Assembly: GCA_038045925.1 (NCBI GenBank) | Contig: JBBSXE010000052.1 | Span: forward strand, 1-35,149 | Direction: 5' to 3' | Length of the DNA: 35,149 bases | Source of the DNA: Nanobdellota archaeon | GTDB taxonomy: Archaea > Nanobdellota > Nanobdellia > SCGC-AAA011-G17 > UBA489 | Part shown: positions 32,401 to 35,149 of the stretch, in pieces | Layout: each line of letters begins with the position of its first letter | Position numbering within the stretch: position 1 is the first letter of the stretch | Position numbers and translations under genes: made by a program | Notes under the pieces: model-generated | Seen by the model: only the letters and a program-made list of their open reading frames with translations | Database searches by the model: none | Told to the model about the DNA's origin: nothing

Positions 32401-32600
32401 TTGTTCAGCAATTCATGAAGGGCGCATTAAAAACAGATATTGTGATCTCACTAGAAGAGGAAGCAGATGCTCTCAAAGAACAGAAATTGTTATTAGAAAA
32501 GCAGTTTGGCGCAAAAATAGAAATAATACATGCAGAAACGAGCAAAGAGCAAAAAGCAAAGCAAGCTATTCCTGGAAAGGTTGCAATCATGGTTTCATAA
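29463..32600 (+). CDS. leuS: Leucyl-tRNA synthetase, bacterial type, carrying an in-frame alpha/beta-hydrolase insertion
   Basis: FPYPSSTGLHMGH is the HIGH motif, PMGYDAFGLPAENAA and NWIGKSEG are LeuRS motifs, TTRPDTLFG and VPAHDQRDFEFAKKY belong to the CP1 editing domain, RDWLVSRQRYWGTPIP is present, VMSKSRGN is the KMSKS motif, and the C-terminus is IPGKVAIMV. The ATG at 29463 has TTTTAAATAA about 28 nt upstream. Confidence 0.95.
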   Translation: MDFKSLEKKWQQRWKQAKVFTASAAGKKKWFNLEMFPYPSSTGLHMGHAFNYVLGDIYARFKRMHGFSVLYPMGYDAFGLPAENAAIKANSHPKPYTEQAIKNFIVQQQALGLSYDWERIITTCDPDYYRWNQLLFLHFFKKGLVYKKKASVNWCSQCTTVLANEQVHGGACWRHQETLVEIKQLEQWFIKTTVYADELLDTIDDLDWPERIKQMQKNWIGKSEGAEIVFDVATESNFVLLHGYTGSAEKNFFPWLKKELERSGHAVFAPNLPNTSNPNISEQVGYVLKNYTFDEHTVLLGHSLGSVVALKIVEQLKNPIKKLVLAAGFAQPKFKDKERPFETTFDWQFDFNNIKKNVKHIVILRDIKDSAVPAEKADYLKEKIGGEIIDFVAERSHICGEQEPEVLNTCLERWHVFTTRPDTLFGVTFLVVAAQHPELMSLVTPQQKNAVNSFLKKLNTTKQEDLDKMEKEGVFIGSYAIHPLTEEKIPIYTGNFVVVDYGSGIVMAVPAHDQRDFEFAKKYSIPIKIVIQPKEKKLDVNYLQEAYTHEGILVNSRQFNDLPTAAAKEKIVHFLTQQKKGKKTTQYKLRDWLVSRQRYWGTPIPFIHCSHCGLVPVPEKDLPVLLPENVTFGKGNPLETNKEFVHTHCPTCKKPAKRETDTMDTFFDSSWYFLRFTDPTNGKQPFEKKKADSWMPVDFYVGGAEHACGHLIYARFFTKVLRDLGLVTCDEPFKKLFNQGMLHGEDGHVMSKSRGNVINPLEVIEQYGADTLRMFLVSVASADKDMIWSTEGIVSVHKVLQKLITLFATMTITTSSKRLESKLHQTIKEVTQYTEAIKYNLAVISLRTFIDDLGKEKTIAKHDAAAFLKLLHPFCPHITEELWEKLKNKQVITLESWPVHQEKKINQKIDAAEKFIQATTADIANILNLIKIKPQTITLFIAESWKYPLFKKLHTEKTRDFSALMKKFADKEKGQDIAKIVQQFMKGALKTDIVISLEEEADALKEQKLLLEKQFGAKIEIIHAETSKEQKAKQAIPGKVAIMVS

Positions 32601-32620
32601 AAAGCCAATAAAAATATAAG

Positions 32621-33073
32621 CTATCTTTCTTTCAATTGTTTTCTTTTGCGTTGTTCAGTTTCCTTAAGATAATTATCAGGCGTAGCAACAGATTCTCCAG
32701 ATTCCATCTCAAGGTTTCTTCTCGCATCTCCTGCGATAGTTCCGCCATTTTTTGCAGCATCTTTATTCTCGGAAAATCCTTGCGCATTTTTGCTTCGCAC
32801 TATTTTTGTTGTTGACGCTTCACCGAGCATCGTAAAGATCAATTCCATATAGCCCATATGATCGCGAAGATTCTCTTTTTTGAGTCCCTTGAAATCTTTA
32901 TATTCCTCTACTGTCTTGTTGAATGTGGCTTTTGAAATTTCATTCGTGAGGATTGCAAATTCTTTGTTTTCGTCTACTCCTCTTTCTTTCCATTCGTCAG
33001 TTAATTCTTGTCGGACAGCAATACCTCTGATGCGTTTTTCGATCCACTCATCAGAATATCCTTTTTCATCCAA
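32621..33073 (-). CDS. DinD / phage-antirepressor C-terminal-region-like protein lacking the Bro-N domain
   Basis: WIEKRIRGIAVRQELTDEWKERGV...FAILTNEISKATF...LRDHMGYMELIF...GGTIAGDARRNLE matches the C-terminal half of DNA-damage-inducible protein D-like proteins, from memory. The start overlaps the upstream gene by 8 nt. Confidence 0.55.
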   Translation of the reverse strand: MDEKGYSDEWIEKRIRGIAVRQELTDEWKERGVDENKEFAILTNEISKATFNKTVEEYKDFKGLKKENLRDHMGYMELIFTMLGEASTTKIVRSKNAQGFSENKDAAKNGGTIAGDARRNLEMESGESVATPDNYLKETEQRKRKQLKER

Positions 33074-33764
33074 ATAATCCGCTTCTCGGACCCCATACCA
33101 TGATCCATGTTGTTGCGAAAATAAGAACGCAGGTGAGAATAATAGTTAAGAAGTGATCTTCTTGTATTTGCCGTTCAGTCTCTTTCATTTCATAATAGAT
33201 TAAGTAGTTAAGGGAAATTAAGATCAGAGTGCAGACAAAGAAGATAATTCCTGTTGCAATGCTCAAATGATCGTTGAGAAGCATCACTGCAGTCATTGCG
33301 CCCATCACTCCGCCCATGAATCCAGCCATAATACCTTCCATAAATCCCATAACACCGCAACATTTTCCAATCCAGATGCCAAAAACTATGCCGACAATCA
33401 TGCCGAAGACTGATCCATAAAACATCCCGTTCGTTGCGCCGACATAAAATCCGGAAAGAAAACCAGCAACCATGCCAGTAGTCATACCGAGCATCATACC
33501 AGTCATACAGGGAAATTCTTTATAGGCGCGAACTTGCCGTATCGTCGGAACAAGCAAAGCATAACTGACGGCCGCAAAAAACAAAAAGAATCCTTTTTTC
33601 GCCATGAAATCTTCTTCAAAGCGAAAGGAGAAAAAATAGAGAAGCACAAGAATCGCTGCTGAGGCCAGCAAGGAGTAAAGCATTGTTTTGATTAACTCAC
33701 CTTCAACACGATTACCGTTTAATTCTGCGCAAAATTGTTTGAAGCTCATTGGAGTTTGCATCAT
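33066..33764 (-). CDS. Polytopic membrane protein with Gly/Met/Cys-rich helices
   Basis: About 6 TM segments, including FPCMTGMMLGMTTGMVAGFLSGFYVG and GIWIGKCCGVMGFMEGIMAGFMGGVMGAMTAVM. No family recognised, and the start is uncertain (M1, M2 or M6). Confidence 0.6.
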   Translation of the reverse strand: MMQTPMSFKQFCAELNGNRVEGELIKTMLYSLLASAAILVLLYFFSFRFEEDFMAKKGFFLFFAAVSYALLVPTIRQVRAYKEFPCMTGMMLGMTTGMVAGFLSGFYVGATNGMFYGSVFGMIVGIVFGIWIGKCCGVMGFMEGIMAGFMGGVMGAMTAVMLLNDHLSIATGIIFFVCTLILISLNYLIYYEMKETERQIQEDHFLTIILTCVLIFATTWIMVWGPRSGLFG

Positions 33765-33844
33765 TTAGTTCTTCTTTTTATAGTTTTCGATCTCTTTTGC
33801 TCCGGGAAAAAATATTTAAAGAAGAATGTTGTATACTTGGCTTC

Positions 33845-34933
33845 ATGGTCCTTAAAGAAATTCTTGAACAGCAATATCTGCAGAACACGTATGTGCATTC
33901 AGTACTTCTTGTTCTGTTTTTTTATGTTCTTGCGCAATTCGTATCTTTTGCTCTCAGAAGTTACATGAAAAATGTTACGTTCAAAACAAAAACACGCGTT
34001 GATGATCTCATTCTGAAGCGCATTCATCGACCTCTTTTTTATCTTTTGATCATTCTCGGGTTAAAAATAGGCGTGACGCGGCTGATTACATCAATACAGT
34101 TGTCAACTATTGCAGATCATCTATTCGATATCAGTATTGCCTTTTTTATTATGTATGGTCTCTATGCTATTGTAAACATTATTTTAACAGAATGGGGAGA
34201 TCGATTCGCGAAAAAAACAGAGACAACGATTGATCGGGATTTACTGCCCTTATTTCATAAATCCGTGAAGATTGTTTTTATTCTCTTAGCAGTTTTTTTC
34301 GTGCTTCATGAATTGAGGATAGACATTACAGGGTTACTGGCAGGAGTTGGAATCGCGGGTTTAGTTCTCGGACTCGCGCTGAAAGATAGTCTGGCAAATA
34401 TTTTTGGAGGCATTTCAATTATTTTAGATAAAGCCTTTCGGGTTGACGATGTAATTAAGACCTCTGATGGAGATATGGGAACAGTTATTGATATCGGGCT
34501 TCGCAGTACACGAGTAAAAACATGGGATAATGAGCTGCTGATTATTCCGAATGGACAATTGGCAAACGCAAAAATACAAAACTTTAAGCAGCCTGATGAA
34601 AGCACGCGCGCAGTTATTCCCTTCGGGGTCACGTATGGCACATCCATCGATAAAGTAAAGGGTGTTGTCGCAAAGGCGCTGATAACGCTGCCGAACATAC
34701 TTACAACAGGAAATAAAAAGCCAAAAGTGTACTTCATTGGTTTTGGTGACAGCGCGCTCAATCTGCAAGCAACGTTCTGGGTAGATCAATACATGAAAAA
34801 ATTTTCAACAAAGGAAAAAGCAGCATGCTTGATGTATGAGGCGCTGAACAAACACAAGATTGACATTGCCTTCCCAACGAGAACCATTTATGTGCACAAT
34901 GCAACAACAGAGAAAACGAGAAAGAAACAATGA
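33845..34933 (+). CDS. MscS-family mechanosensitive channel
   Basis: GIAGLVLGLALKDSLANIFGGISIILDKAFRVDDVI...GTVIDIGLRSTRVKTWDNELLIIPNGQLANAKIQNF is the MscS TM3 plus beta-domain signature. The ATG at 33845 has AATATTTAAAG about 28 nt upstream; the track start 33749 is TTG. Confidence 0.9.
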   Translation: MVLKEILEQQYLQNTYVHSVLLVLFFYVLAQFVSFALRSYMKNVTFKTKTRVDDLILKRIHRPLFYLLIILGLKIGVTRLITSIQLSTIADHLFDISIAFFIMYGLYAIVNIILTEWGDRFAKKTETTIDRDLLPLFHKSVKIVFILLAVFFVLHELRIDITGLLAGVGIAGLVLGLALKDSLANIFGGISIILDKAFRVDDVIKTSDGDMGTVIDIGLRSTRVKTWDNELLIIPNGQLANAKIQNFKQPDESTRAVIPFGVTYGTSIDKVKGVVAKALITLPNILTTGNKKPKVYFIGFGDSALNLQATFWVDQYMKKFSTKEKAACLMYEALNKHKIDIAFPTRTIYVHNATTEKTRKKQ

Positions 34934-35149
34934 ACAATACTCTCGCTGAAGAAATTCCTCTAGAAGCGCGAACCATAACGCTTGAAGGAAAGAAAAAATA
35001 TAGCTTCTGCACCTGTGGTAAAAGTAAAAAAATTCCGTATTGTGATGAATCGCATAAATTTTGTAATGAACAACAAGGAACGCAATATGCGTCGTTGAAA
35101 ATTTGGCCGCAGGAAAAAACAACAGTCACGCTTTCATCAAAAAATTGGA
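34930..35149 (+). CDS. CDGSH-type iron-sulfur domain protein (partial, runs off the window)
   Basis: Hand-translated: MNNTLAEEIPLEARTITLEGKKKYSFCTCGKSKKIPYCDESHKFCN... CTCGKSKKIPYCDESH fits C-x-C-x2-S-x3-P-x-C-D-[GE]-S-H. The ATG overlaps the MscS stop (ATGA). Confidence 0.7.
   Translation, partial: MNNTLAEEIPLEARTITLEGKKKYSFCTCGKSKKIPYCDESHKFCNEQQGTQYASLKIWPQEKTTVTLSSKNW

Overview
AT-rich, gene-dense 35 kb fragment that reads as archaeal, most likely from a small-genome DPANN-type archaeon (inference). Most genes have a TTTATATA-type TATA box centred about 25-30 nt upstream of the start codon, which implies leaderless mRNAs. Terminators are oligo-T tracts, neighbouring genes often overlap by ATGA, and one tRNA carries a short intron at the canonical 37/38 position. 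Housekeeping content: zwf, an FNR-like reductase, grpE, dnaK, a HemK/Mtq2-like methyltransferase, an AsnB-C-like PP-loop ATPase, tRNA-Cys, tRNA-Arg, a bacterial-type leuS, an MscS channel and a CDGSH protein. Accessory content: four toxin-antitoxin-type modules (HEPN/MNT, DUF433/DUF5615, VapBC, an orphan RelE-like toxin), several small wHTH regulators, a frameshifted IS5-like transposase beside a truncated SpoU methyltransferase, and a free-standing LAGLIDADG endonuclease. There is also a roughly 8 kb cluster of three paralogous, C-terminally anchored surface proteins; the largest (about 1470 aa) has a lamin-tail domain and about 8 cadherin/Ig-like repeats. The strongest candidate for something undescribed is in leuS: an apparently intact alpha/beta serine-hydrolase domain (YdeN/RBBP9-like, about 180 aa, Ser-Asp-His triad present) is inserted in frame just before the TTRPDT motif that opens the CP1 editing domain. 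Also notable: a 62-nt tract identical between two otherwise diverged surface-protein genes, grpE and dnaK split by a TA/regulator island, and one symmetric TATA box that appears to serve two divergent leaderless genes. All family assignments come from motif recognition by eye; no database search was run.
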